Shown here piece by piece: positions 30,689 through 45,271 of a DNA stretch of 64,000 nt. The stretch covers positions 42,222,001 to 42,286,000 of the forward strand of contig OZ024752.1 of the NCBI GenBank assembly GCA_964016885.1, read 5' to 3'. Positions within the stretch are counted from its first letter, which is position 1; every line of letters begins with the position of its first letter. The DNA comes from Eledone cirrhosa. Lineage: Eukaryota. A program made the position numbers and the translations under genes. The notes under the pieces are model-generated. The model did not search any database and was not told where the DNA came from. It was given only the letters and a program-made list of their open reading frames with translations.

Positions 30689-30938
30689 AACAAACGAGCA
30701 ACGGTGGTTGCTAGACACTACGGCTTAATACGGGATGTTTGTTTACAAACACACCGAGCATTATAATAAATATTCGGTGAATCCATACGTGCATATATAT
30801 ATGTGTGCATGTATGTATATATATGTATACATACTACTGTACGTCGGTATGCATATATGTGTGTACGTGTAAATACTTATATTTAAGTAACAGCCGTACT
30901 AAGAGTGGGAAATGAAATATCGTTTCATTTTTTCCATT

Positions 30939-31011
<73 letters not shown>

Positions 31012-31074
31012 ATATGGTGTTATACACCCATACATATATATATATAGAGAGAGAGAAAGAATCGATGGTGTCAC

Positions 31075-31107
<33 letters not shown>

Positions 31108-31274
31108 CTGACTATGGTGTCATTTAGGTACAATTGCTTCTTTTGCTGCCTGTTTCAGATTTTCACTGAGACACCCTCCCCAATTCTTCAGCCGATATCA
31201 ACTGATCTCAGTAAAAATCTGAAACAGACGATCAGAGAATCAATTGTATTTAATTCACACTATAGTTAGTGTAA

Positions 31275-31356
<82 letters not shown>

Positions 31357-31399
31357 CACACACATATGTATATATATATATATACACACACACACACAT

Positions 31400-31432
<33 letters not shown>

Positions 31433-31876
31433 ACGAGAGAGAGAAGGGGTGGGAATCCACCCTAATACTGGACTGGTACTTTTTTTTTACCAGCCTAGAA
31501 AGGTTGAAAAGCAAAGTTGACCTCGGTGGGATTTGAAAAAAATACCATCATGGTATTTAATTTGACGCCATTAACGACTGTAAATTAAGCAACAGATTCT
31601 AAAAATATAGAAGGCAAACAACAATAACAACAACATCAACAATAAAACAGAAAAAGAAACAAAATAAAATAAAAACAAAACAAACTAGAATCCAACATCA
31701 AGTTAGGGAAGGTCAGACCTAAAAAAACAAACAACACAGAATTCTGAAGACATAGAGAAATCTGATAGCCTAGGGTCTTTGATTATCATTAATTAGAGGG
31801 TAGATTTCCTTGTCTGAACTCCTTATCAAGTTTAGCAGAGAGGGAATAACTAGGCCAATGTTGATGACTTACTAAG

Positions 31877-31919
<43 letters not shown>

Positions 31920-32327
31920 CAAAGACAAACTGTTTCACAATTGGAACCATATGTTGTTCAGATAACTGAAATGTTGTGAGGTTGTTTACACACGGCTACA
32001 TTTCTTTCTATGTTAAAACCTGTGGCTTAGGGGTGAGGGTGTTCAATGAAATGTTGTAAGGTTGTGAGGTTGTTTACAACATGGCTACATGTCTTACTAT
32101 GTTAAGATGTGTGGCTTAGTGGTTAGGGTTTTCGTTGTGAGGTTGAGGTTTGTTTACAACATGGCTTCATTCCTCACTATGTAAAGACTTAGTGGTTAGG
32201 GTGTACAGTGAAATGTTGTGATGTTGTAAGGTTGTGGGGGTTGCTTACAACATGGCTTCATTCCTTACTATGTTAAGACCTGTGGCTTAGTGGTTAGGGT
32301 GTTCAATGATAGGTTGTGAGAGAGAGA

Positions 32328-32413
<86 letters not shown>

Positions 32414-33441
32414 TCATGTTGTCGAGAATCAGCATGCAGGAGTTTTAACGATAATCCAGAACGGAGAAAGCAGGCTTTGTCAATATCAATTTTTGTACAT
32501 GTTATAAAGATCCTTTATATATATAATGTATATGATGATGACGATGATGGTGGTGATAATAATAATTGTTTCTACAATTATCCCAGTGTATTACTGGTAC
32601 TTTATTTTATCGACCTCCGTATAGATGAAAGGCAAAGTTAACCTCGGCGGGATTTGAACTCGGACCGTAAAGGGACGTAATTCCATGCTGCAAAGCATGG
32701 CGTCCGACCCTCTACCGATACTGCCAATCCATAATGATGATGATGATGATGGTGGTGGTGATGGTGATGATGATGATGATGGTGATGGTGATGTGGATGG
32801 TGGTGATGATGATGATTGTAATGATGGTGATGATAATGATAATGGTGATGATGATGATGATGACAATGATGGCGATGGTGATGTTTAATGTCAACAAACT
32901 ATATAGCTATAGTATCACGTGTCTTTTTTTTTCTTTTTCATTTTAGTGGAATAACAATTGTTTCACCATCGTAAAATATCAGGAAAAACACTGAAATGGC
33001 GGTGTATGGGGTGGGGGAACGATTTAAAGGAGGGAAGGAGGGAGGGAGGGCATTTAGCTGCTATTTTTAGCGAGTCAGGTGACTCCTTTCACTCGTGAGC
33101 CGAACGCTGCTGTTCTTTGGAATGGCGCAGCGTAAACAACAAACTGTCTTATGATGGGACAATGGTAGAAGTAATGTTAGGTAGGAGGAGAAGGATGAGA
33201 GGGGGAGGGAGGAATGGATGATGGTGAGGTGGTGGAGGAGGAGGAGAGGGAGGGAGGGAAGATGAGGAGAAGAAAAGGGAGAAGAAGAAGAAAGAGGAAA
33301 ATAAATAATATGAAAATCTTGAAGATTCGATATTATGTGAGATAAATATGTGAGGTAAAACCTTTACCATGAAAATACAACAGTATATATAGAGTAATGT
33401 AAATGCTAAAGTAAACTCTCTCTCTCTTTCTCTCTCTCTCT

Positions 33442-33500
<59 letters not shown>

Positions 33501-33573
33501 TATCCAGGAAGCTCCAACCGTTAAGGTTGTCTTTTTTCCGGGTATGTCAATATTTATTTATAAAACAAATCTG

Positions 33574-33639
33574 TATTTTCTCTGATGAAAGCGCACCACA
33601 ATTTGCCCTGGTTGCCCTTGAAATATATATAATAAAATA
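33574..33639 (+). ncRNA. Minimal type I hammerhead ribozyme motif (slightly decayed)
   Basis: TATTTTCT-CTGATGA-AAGCGCACCA(loop)TGGTTGCCCTT-GAAA-TATATA-TA^ATAAAATA. Stem I extends further via tatttataaaac / gttttataaata. Confidence 0.68.
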
Positions 33640-34187
33640 AATATGGTTTTATAAATATAGTTTCCATTTATTAATATATTGTATATATATATATAGAGAG
33701 AGAGAGTTTACTTTAGCATTTACATATATGTATATATATATATATAATTGGTGTTGGATGCGGTAGGCCGTTTGAGCACTCGATGCTCTCATAGAACAGA
33801 GTATGATATCACAGAAAAAAAAGAGAATCAGTGTTGGGACGAATGGAATTTATTGGACATATTACAATCGTTTCTCTGGCGACCAGCTCGAGGCACGATC
33901 GATATGATGATCGAACCTGACTCTGTAAATCGCAAGGTCCTCAGATACGTCTTGATTCTACGAAGCAGATTTTCCTAATGTCAAGAATACGGATGTAAAA
34001 GGACATTACGAAAATTTGCTTCGTAGAATCAAGACGTATCTCAGGACCTTTGTCCAGAAATAGCCGTCGAAACGGCTTGAGCTCTGCCATCAGGGTCATA
34101 CTTTCTCCTATTTCCCACTCTATTACCCTAAGTATTGAGTACTCTAGTGCGTTATGGTCCATTTGGTTCCTTACCACCACTCCTTCG

Positions 34188-34242
<55 letters not shown>

Positions 34243-34369
34243 GTATTTCCGTAGAAAAGGTAAAGGAAGACTGCTCTGATGAACGACTGCGTTCGCCTGT
34301 CTTCATGAAACCTTAGGTAAATGGAATAATTGTATTGTGTTGTGTATTACATAATTATATATATATATT

Positions 34370-34552
34370 TCGTTTCTGAATTTGTTTAGCAAGATTCTTT
34401 ATGTGAAAACGTGTATTGAAACCGATATTGTTATGCTTTAACCGGAAATTTATAAATTCTTAAATTTATAAATTTAATTTATAATAAATTGGAGTGAAAG
34501 CAACTGGTGCGTGTGTTTCTTATTGGCAACATGACCCTCCCAAAGCATAACA
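34370..34552. repeat. (TA)n-embedded family D (related copies at ~43283-43455, 43775-43822, 23300-23332)
   Basis: Shared motifs atgaccctcccaaagcataacaa and tttcgtttctgaatttgtttagcaagattcttt. Confidence 0.7.
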
Positions 34553-34909
34553 AATATATATATACATATTGTGCATGCCTGTTCATATCTATGTTTAATG
34601 TCTCGTCCTGTAACTTAGCGGTTCGATAAAAAAGATTGATAAATATAAGTAGCAAACTTGAAAGAAAAAACAGCAGTGGCGGTGTCCCAGCATGACCACG
34701 TCCTAATGGCTGATATCAGTAAACGAATCAAAGAATATAAAATATGTGTGTTTAAGAAATCTGAGAGTTTCAAAAACTTACAGTTTGATGTGAAGTGAGG
34801 ATATTCCAAGAATTACAGACAAACCCAGGAAATTTCTGTCACTACCAAGGACATTACACATATATTTCCATTTCAAATATATATTGGAATTTTAGCTATA
34901 GATTTCCTT

Positions 34910-35048
34910 GTATGTATGTATATATGTGTGTATATATGTATGTATATGTATGTATGTATTTGTATATGGGGCTATATTTATGTGTGTGTATATATATATG
35001 TATATGTATATATGTATATATATATGTATATATGTATATATATATGTA

Positions 35049-35097
<49 letters not shown>

Positions 35098-35132
35098 ATA
35101 TGTATGTATATATATATATGTATATATGTATG

Positions 35133-35163
<31 letters not shown>

Positions 35164-35884
35164 GTATATATGTATGTATATATATATATATATGTATACA
35201 TATATGTGTATATATATATATATGTGTATATATATATATATGTGTATATATATATATGTGTATATATATATATGTGTATATATATATATGTGTATATATA
35301 TATATGTGCATATATATATATGTGTATATATATATGTGTATATATATATATGTGTATATATGTATGTGTGTATATATGTATATATATATATGTGTATATA
35401 TGTATATATATGTATATATATGTATATATATATATGTATATATATGTATGTATATATGTATATGTATGTATATGTATATATATGTATATGTATATATATA
35501 TATATGTATATGTATATATATGTATATGTATATATATATATATGTATATATATGTATATGTATATATATGTATATGTATATATATGTATATGTATATATA
35601 TGTATATATATGTATATGTATATATATGTATATATATATATATGTATATGTATATATGTATATGTATATATATGTATATGTATATATGTATATGTATATA
35701 TATGTATATGTATATATATGTATATGTATATATATGTATATATATATATATGTATATATATGTATATATATATATATGTATATGTATATATATGTATATA
35801 TATATATATGTATATGTATATATGTATATGTATGTATATATGTATATATGTATATGTATATATGTATATATATGTATCTATATG

Positions 35885-35916
<32 letters not shown>

Positions 35917-35944
35917 TGTATATGTATATGTATATATATATGTA

Positions 35945-35986
<42 letters not shown>

Positions 35987-35987
35987 G

Positions 35988-36018
<31 letters not shown>

Positions 36019-36153
36019 AGTAAGTATGTTTTGAAACAGTGAGCAGGTTTGAAATTAGAAAATAGAATAGCTTTCACCGTATTTTTGACTAAAGGAATTT
36101 TAGCCGGATAATGTCAGGCTAAAATTCCTTTAGTCAAAAATACGGTGAAAGCT

Positions 36154-36211
<58 letters not shown>

Positions 36212-36375
36212 TATGTATATGTATGCGTATGTATATATACGTAGGGTAGTGTACAGGCAGTCGTTAGTGAAGGTTGGGATGCGTCAGACAAAATACCTTG
36301 TGGTATTTAGATACAACACTTCTTTATTCAAATCCCCCACTGCGTCTTTTTCCCTTCTCTCTTTCTTTCATTTTC

Positions 36376-36431
<56 letters not shown>

Positions 36432-37527
36432 TTTTTTCAGGGCACTCGATTGACAAAATCGTTAGAGAGAGAATCAAATTACCTTTGAGTTCAAATCCTA
36501 CCGATGATCAACTTTTACCTTTATTTTGTGTTTTTTTCTTCCGATGAAATAAAATAAAATACCAGTGAAATACTGAAGTTTGCTATAATCAATGACTTCC
36601 AGCAAATTACTGGTATTGAACTCTCAAATTAGAAACAATTATATATTTCGATTTTTTTCCCCTTCAAAATTTTTTTTTTGTGGTGGGGGTTTGTATCAAT
36701 CAAAAGTTAATTACAGGTACGTAAAAATCACAAATTGTTTTTTTTTTGTGTTGTTATTTATTTTTTTTTTTTTTTGATATTGTGTTTTTCGTTATTATTT
36801 TTTTTTAACACATAATATCTTCGATTATTTAATGAAATAATTGTTAATTTACCTTGTTCAATATTGACTGAACATCGATATATGTTCTAGATGATCGTGA
36901 TGGTGGTGGTGGTGGTAGTTGTGGTGGTGGTGATGATTCAAGTTAGGAATAAATATTTATATATATGTATATATATTTTTCTGTTTACATGTAACAAATA
37001 AATAAATTAATAAATAAATAGCAAGAAATATTGATAGATTCTTTAGAAATCTATAACATATATATATTTCTTTAACATATATAGTATATATGTTATTATT
37101 AATATTATTTGGCAGTGTCGGTAGAGCGTCGGACAAAATTCTTTGTGCGGGATAGTTTTACGGCGTTTTTAGTTCTGAGTTCAAATCTCGCCTGCGGTTA
37201 ACTTTGCTTTTCATTGATAAAATAAAGTACGAGAGGTCGATTTAACGTACTGGTGATCGATTTAATCAACTTTGTCGTCTTCTTCGAATTGCTGGTCTTG
37301 TGCCTATAGTAGAAACATTTAATGTGTTATTGTGATTATTTGGTGTCTGTTTGTTATCAGAAAATATAACCATCACCAGCCGAAGAATGAGTCTGTTGGT
37401 CTTCGTGGGATATTAACTAGAGGCTGGTCTCTGCAGAGTTGCCTAAGTACCATATGACTGCTGCTGGTGATTTCAACTGCTACTACTGTTGCAGGAATAC
37501 AAACTTATTTATATAGATAACACACAT

Positions 37528-37584
<57 letters not shown>

Positions 37585-38392
37585 TACGTACATACTTACA
37601 TATGTATACATATATACATACGTACATATATATATACATACGTACATACTTACATATGTATACATATATACATATACATATATATATACATATACATATA
37701 TACCTATACATACGCATATATATATACATACATATATATACATATATACATACATATATATACATATCTACATACATATATATATATATATATATACATA
37801 CATATACATTTATATATAGACATACATATACATATATATATATATATACCTATACATACATACATACATATTCATACATGTATACATACATATACATATA
37901 TACATGCATATACATATACAAACATATATACATACATATACACAAACATATATACATACATATACATAATCATAAATACATATACATGCATTCATACACG
38001 TACATACAAACATACGTACATGTGTGTACGTGTTATATATATATATATATATATAGACATATATACATACATATATGTGCATATATATATGCACGTATGT
38101 ATATATATATGTATATAATATATATGTGTGTGTGTGTGTGTGTATGTATTATATATTATATATAATGTGTGTGTGTGTGTATGTATTATATATATTATAT
38201 ACATATATATATACATACGTGCATATATATATATATACACATATATAATAATAATAATTATTATTATATTTGTGTATATATATATATATGCACGTATGTA
38301 TATATATATATATGTATATAATATATATAATGTGTGTGTGTGTGTATGTATATATATATATATGTATATAATATATATAATGTGTGTGTGTG

Positions 38393-38433
<41 letters not shown>

Positions 38434-39197
38434 ATATATACCTTAAGTATATCACCACAAACAACACCTCCATCTTGTAAATGCCCTCCATTTTACCTGA
38501 TTGGTTGAAGTAGGGCCAATAGAATTAAATGCTTTGACCTGTGTGTATGTGTATGTGTGTATATGTGTGTGTGTGTATATATATGTGTGTGTGTGTATAT
38601 ATATGTGTGTGTGTGTATATATATATGTATGTGTGTATATATATATATTTGTGTGTGTGTATTTATATATATATATGTATCTATATATATGTGTGTGTGT
38701 GTATATATATATATGTGTGTGTGTGTGTATATATATGTGTGTGTGTATATATATGTGTGTGTGTGTATATATATGTGTGTATGTGTGTATATATATATAT
38801 TTGTGTGTGTGTATTTATATATATATATGTATCTATATATATGTGTGTGTGTGTATATATATATATGTGTGTGTGTGTGTATATATATGTGTGTGTGTGT
38901 ATATATATGTGTGTGTGTGTATATATATATGTATGTGTGTGTATATATATATTTGTGTGTGTGTATTTATATATATATATGTATCTATATATGCGTGTGT
39001 GTGTATATATATATGTGTGTGTGTGTGTGTATATATATGTGTGTGTGTGTATATATATGTGTGTGTGTGTGTGTATATATGTGTGTGTGTGTATATATAT
39101 GTGTGTGTGTGTGTATATATATATGTATGTGTGTATATATATATATTTGTGTGTGTGTATTTATATATATATATGTATCTATATATGTGTGTGTGTG

Positions 39198-39230
<33 letters not shown>

Positions 39231-39255
39231 ATATGTATGTGTGTGTATATATATG

Positions 39256-39286
<31 letters not shown>

Positions 39287-39772
39287 ATATATATGTGTGT
39301 GTGTGTGTGTATATATATATATGTATGTGTGTATATATATATATTTGTGTGTGTGTATTTATATATATATATGTATCTATATATGTGTGTGTGTGTATAT
39401 ATATATGTGTGTGTGTGTATATATATATGTGTGTGTATATATATGTGTGTATATATATATGTGTGTGTATATATATATATATATGTGTGTGTGTGTATAT
39501 ATATATGTGTGTGTGTATATATATATATGTGTGTGTGTGTATATATATATATGTGTGTGTGTGTGTATATATGTGTGCGTGATATATATATGTGTAAGTG
39601 ATATATATATGTGTGTGTGTGTGTGTATGTGTGTGTGTGTGTATGTGTGTGTGTATATGTGTGTGTATATATATATATATATATATGTGTATATATGTGT
39701 GTGTGTATATGTGTGCGTGTGTGTATATATGTGTGTGTATGAATGTATATATATATATATATATATATATGT
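34910..39772. repeat. Large (TA/TG/CA)n microsatellite fields (34910-36015, 37530-38440, 38540-39772)
   Basis: Direct inspection. Similar fields at ~90-1410, 9810-10197, 23332-24082, 25525-26400, 28740-29490, 43823-44122, 45868-47560 and 61883-63145. Confidence 0.95.
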
Positions 39773-39789
39773 AGATAAATCTACCAAAA

Positions 39790-40393
39790 ATTTACGGTAG
39801 TGTCCAATTAATAATTATAGAAAGAGGAATATAGATTATGACCTGGAGTGTGCTCAAAAGGGCCACCCCTTATCAAAATAGTAGATATGAATGTAGATTA
39901 TGTTCCCAAGAACTTTTTGAAATAATGAAATCTAAGGATATCCTATTAAATAAGCGACAGGAATTAATAATATCGTGTAATCATAAACTGAGAAAAACCT
40001 CTAAATATTATAAACCTAATTAATATACACTTTAGAAATTAATATATAAACTGTTTTTAATTTAGTTAACCTATAATTAATATTCTACTACTGATGAACC
40101 ACATAATTTTACTTTCCTTCTTACAACTATCATTTCCTAAAACTGATACCATTAAGTAAACATATATAATGCCTTAACTTCAGGTTATGACTCTATGTTC
40201 CTTGAAATCTCTATATATTTATTATTTCTCACTAATAAATTTAATCCCCCCCCCCAATAATTATATGTATATGTAACTATGTATGTGTGTGTATATATAT
40301 GTGTATGTATGTATGTATATATGTGTGTATATATATATATATATGTGTGTATATATATATATATATATGTGTGTTTGTGTGTGTGTGTATGTG

Positions 40394-40428
<35 letters not shown>

Positions 40429-41314
40429 TATTTTATATTCTTTTAATTTCCCCTCATCTTTAACAGCACTCTTCAACTGCATCTAACTCTTATTTATCAT
40501 ATCTATATGCATTAGTATAATTTTATCAATATAAATATACCCATCAATTAAATTAATTTATATTCTTTTCATAGATGTATTTTTTTCACTAACACTCTTA
40601 TCTTAAAATTTTAGTCTCCTTAGATATTTGCATTGGCACTACTGGTTTATAACAGCAACTGCTCATATACTTTTTACTGACCTGACCTATTTTCACCCCT
40701 AAAATAACTTTCTCATTCTTCACACTCCATTCAAAACTGAAATCTGCCTTATTCTACCCCTAAAATAAGCTTCAATTACTACTATTTTACCATTTGGCCA
40801 ATTATTAACTTTCTATTGGTTAATTCTAAACCTCTTACCAAACAGACAGAATATATTAGATCTTTGTTGGTTTTATTCAATGAACAAATATAATTATTTC
40901 TGAGGTCAGCATACGACCTATTTTCATCCCTAAAATAATCTTTCATTCATAATATTCTTTTCCATCCAAAACTGAAATCTACCTTCCTCTACCCATAATT
41001 TAAGGTTCTTCTACTACTATATTACTATCTTGACCCTCACTATCTCTCTATTGGTCAATTCAAAACCTGTTCCCAAACAGACCTATTGTATTGAATCTTT
41101 GTTTTTTTCAATAAACAAATATCATTATTTCTGAAGACAGCATATATATGTGTAGGTATGTATATTCCCTCTGATAGTTTGTATAAATATTGTACATAGA
41201 TCTATAGAATATGCATACCAGCTCTAACACATATATATCCTAGAAACGATCGTAAAATGATGATTCTTTTTTTAATATAAGGAACTGTTTCTTTGTTTAT
41301 TCATTATTTTATTA

Positions 41315-41320
<6 letters not shown>
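39790..41320 (+). mobile_element. 5'-truncated Penelope-like element: GIY-YIG endonuclease C-terminus, AT-rich 3' region with ~240-bp direct repeat, hammerhead motif, short tail ending in (TA)n
   Basis: ORF 39838-40023 (WSVLKRATPYQNSRYECRLCSQELFEIMKSKDILLNKRQELIISCNH) matches the W.IL....PY.....CxLCxxE..I......LLNKR.EL...CxH ending of PLE GIY-YIG domains. Direct repeats at ~40679-40915 and ~40915-41145. Hammerhead at 41121-41264. The tail aaggaactgtttc...attcattatttt recurs alone in (TA)n at ~61067-61105. Confidence 0.7.
41121..41264 (+). ncRNA. Type I hammerhead ribozyme motif with ~105-nt stem II, in the PLE 3' region
   Basis: ATCATTATTT-CTGAAGA-[ATATATGTGT..GGTATGTATATTC...GAATATGCATACC..ACACATATAT]-GAAA-CGATCG-TA^AAATGATGAT. 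Stem I is 10 bp and stem III is the palindrome CGATCG. The base of stem II is mismatched, consistent with decay. Confidence 0.68.
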
Positions 41321-41379
<59 letters not shown>

Positions 41380-41819
41380 ATCCTTTACCTTCTTCAATTA
41401 AAGGTTTAGATATTTGTTCCAATTCACTGGGTGCTGAGTTTCGATCCCGCTGCAATCCACGTTATCTTTAGGGGTCTATAAAGAAATTCCCAACCCACTA
41501 GTCAGGAAGGGCGCTGCCCTTAACCCTCCGATGCTGCAGGGATATTACATTGCCCTACATTCCTATATAATTGTTTCTACTTTAGGCACAAGGCCAGCAA
41601 TTACTCAGTGCATTACTGGTACTTTATTTTATCGACTCCGTACATTCCTATATAATGTTAGAGCTTTGTGAAAACATTAAATCAAGTACAACAATGATTT
41701 CTACTTTAGGCCCCCAATTTCAGAAGAGGGAAGGGAGCAGGGTTATCGATCGTATCGATTCCAGTAATTCATTGGTACCTTTTTTTTTTATCGATCGATC
41801 TCTGAAGGATAGAGTGCAG

Positions 41820-42979
41820 AGCTGTAGTAGATTTCACTGGTTGGCACTGGGTGGTCTTTTGTGGTGTCCCCGTGTGTCCCCGTGTCTGTTCAACATGTCA
41901 CTTAGTAAAGTAATGATGTGTGATATATACTGATTCCAGCTGAGCACCTAGTCTCTCTCTCTGTTGAAAGACTGTCCTGCGTGATGAAACGCCACATCCT
42001 ACGCGAGGCGCCTCTGATATAGGCTATCGTAGGATAATCTTGTAGAACAGGTTGGATCTAGTAGAGTAAGCCTCAATCAAAATCCTGTGTGTCTCACCAT
42101 AAGCTGTAGCTCAAGTGACGACCCTCGGTTTAATTAGATGATCTCCGTGTCATGAACATCTGTGGCTTCACAGATGATCGGCTTATTAATTCGACAATGG
42201 CTTATTAATTCGACAACTGCTCCAGTTAGAGTAGAAATCTATGAATATGCAGGTGTGGTGAGCCTCATATAATCTAGCTATTAGAGAGAGCAAAATGAAT
42301 GTTTCACCTTCGATGGGAGGGATGACTGAAGAAGGCGAAGAAGAAGACAACAAAGAAGAAGAAGAAGAAGAAGAAGAAGACAACGAAGAAGAAGACAACG
42401 AAGAAGAAGACAACAAAGAAGAAGACAACAAAGAAGACAACAAAGAAGAAGACAACAAAGAAGAAGACAACAAAGAAGAAGACAACAAAGAAGAAGACAA
42501 CAAAGAAGAAGACAACAAAGAAGAAGACAACAAAGAAGACAACAAAGAAGAAGACAACAAAGAAGAAGACAACAAAGAAGAAGACAACAAAGAAGAAGAC
42601 AACGAAGAAGACAACAACGAAGAAGACAACAACGAAGAAGACAACAACGAAGAAGACAACAACGAAGAAGACAACAACGAAGAAGACAACAACGAAGAAG
42701 ACAACAACGAAGAAGACAACAAAGAAGAAAACAACAAAGAAGAAGAAGAAGACAACGAGATTTGAGCTCAATAAACCTGAAAAATATGGAGGCATTCTTT
42801 AACAGATGTCCTAACGACTCTTCTGTAAATTCTTGGCCTTCTTTGTCGTATAAAGAAGGCGAAATCTCGACTCTTCTATGTATAACCATTCTCACATTCG
42901 TTTGTGTCATACAACACAAGTCATATGATAAACTAGGCTTTACATTTTACCACATGACTTGCATTGTAGGACAAACTCC
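41820..42979 (-). pseudogene. Heavily decayed fragment resembling the DNA polymerase theta (POLQ/mus308) helicase domain, motifs III-VI
   Basis: Collinear minus-strand peptides compared with POLQ from memory: QTNVRMVIHRRVEISPSLYD ([21 protein letters not shown]); IEGETFILLSLIARLYEAHHTCIFIDFYSNW ([31 protein letters not shown], gapless); LDP...DVAFHHAGQSFNRERD (LDS...GVAFHHAGLTFEERD); MLNRHG (MVGRAG). Contains stops, frameshifts and a (GAAGACAAC)n tract. Confidence 0.45.
42335..42758. repeat. (GAAGAAGACAACAAA)n compound trinucleotide tract
   Basis: Direct inspection. It interrupts the POLQ-like relic. Confidence 0.95.
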
Positions 42980-43196
42980 TCTGAAAGTAAATATTTGTTT
43001 TTTACTCTTTCTTTCCTTTTTTCTTTCTTTCTTTCTTTCCAACTTAATCTTACTAATTGACAGTTTGAGACTTGAAGTTTTATCTTTCTTGGTTTCAAGT
43101 TCCTTGCTTGCAAACCCTCACCGGTAAGATTATGTCTATATAACGGCAGATATTTAACCCTATATATATATATATATATATATATGGTTAAATATC

Positions 43197-43245
<49 letters not shown>

Positions 43246-43485
43246 TTAAATATCTGTATATATATTTATATATATATATATATTGTTATACTTTGGGAGG
43301 GTTATGTTGCCAATAAGAAACACACGCACCAGTTGCTTTCACTTCAATTTAATTTAATATATATTTATAAATTTACAAATTTATAAATTTCTGGTTGGTT
43401 GGTTGGTTGGTTGATTTCAGATAAAGAATCTTGCTAAACAAATTCAGAAACGAAATATATATATATATATATATGGTTAAATATC

Positions 43486-43526
<41 letters not shown>

Positions 43527-43841
43527 ACGAACGGTTACGCCGTCATTACGTTTATTGGTTGGTGCCACGCGTTTCGCTATTGATCAGCTCAAGGTTCGAT
43601 CTGTATCGTCGACAGATTAAAGTTTAAGCAAAGAATCGCTGCTTTCACCCTTAACAAGATCTTCTGAAACTAAAAAAAAAACCAATCTCTAGGGTTCTTA
43701 TATATTTGATATATATTTATCCATATCGATAAATATTTGGATTTTATTCTTCTCATTTATTATTATTACTATATATATCGTTTCTGTATTTGGCAATATG
43801 ACCCTCCCAAAGCATAACAATAATATATATATATATATATA

Positions 43842-44126
<285 letters not shown>

Positions 44127-44137
44127 ATGATAAATGT

Positions 44138-44350
44138 GAAGGCGTGTGGCTGAGTGGTTAGAGAATTGGATTCGCAATCGTAAGGTTGTGAGTTCGATTC
44201 CTGGACCAGGCGATGCGTTATGTCCTTGAGCAAGACACTTTATTTCACGTTGCTCCTTCTACCTGGAGTTGCGACCGATAGATAGTATTAGCAATTGGAA
44301 AGACCAACGGAAACATTGTTCCCTCGGTCCGATTTGACGAAAGTCGATCG
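44138..44350 (+). mobile_element. tRNA-derived CORE-type SINE (family 2); near-identical copy at ~11150-11352
   Basis: gaaggcgtgtggctgagtggttaga(A box)...gagttcgattcc(B box)...gtccttgagcaagacactttatttcac (CORE-like). Other copies at ~2432-2570, 10488-10650 and 14953-15065. Confidence 0.8.
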
Positions 44351-45057
44351 TTCCTTTATATATATATATATGTGTGTGTGTGTTGTTTTCCATTTGCCTA
44401 AAGCACCAGTAACGATTTAATTGACTTTCCCTTTCCCAAAAACTGTTGACCTTGACCCTAAATCAGAAACCCTTAATAATATTATTAATCAGATTAATAT
44501 CATCGATGGTTGGGTCAATTTTTTTGGGGGGGTGGGGGTGGGGGGGGGGGACCCAGCGTCTAATAATTGTTTCTACTTTTGGCACAAGGCCAGCAATTAT
44601 CCCAGTGTATTACTGGTACTTTATTTTATCGACCTCCCCCCCCCTCCCTCCCCTCCGTAAGGACGAAAGGCAAAGTTAACCTCATGATGGTGATGATGGT
44701 GATGATGGTGATGATGATGACGATGGCGCTGATGGTGATGATGATGATGATGATGGTGGTGGTGATTGTGATGGTGATGGTGACGATGGTGATGATGGTG
44801 ATGGTGGTGGCGATGATGGTGGTGGTGATGATGATGATGATGACGATAGTGATGATGGTGACGGTGATGATGATGGCGCTGATGATGGCGATGATGGTGA
44901 TAATGACGATGGCGACGATGACGACGACGACGATGATGATGGTGATGGGGGATGACCATGGAGACGATGATGGTGATGGTGACCATGACAACGATGACCA
45001 TGACGACGACGACGATGACGACGACAATAATGATGATGATGATGATGATGATGATGG

Positions 45058-45239
45058 TCCCATCACTGACCTCCCCTTCAATTCCGAACTAAGCAATCAA
45101 CTATAAGACTCTGTCGCCCTCTCCGACGACAATGATGATGATGGTGATGATGATGGTGATGGTGATCCCATCACTGACCTCCCCTTCAATTCCGAACTAA
45201 ACAATCAACTATAAGACTCTGTCGCCCTCTCCGACGACA

Positions 45240-45271
<32 letters not shown>

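Noticed and set aside
34265-34330. CTGATGA...GAAA-CCTTAGG-TA hammerhead candidate
   Set aside because: There is no convincing stem I adjacent to the core and stem II pairing is poor.
42295-42765. Acidic EEDNK-repeat protein
   Set aside because: It is a compound trinucleotide microsatellite with no flanking coding support on the plus strand.
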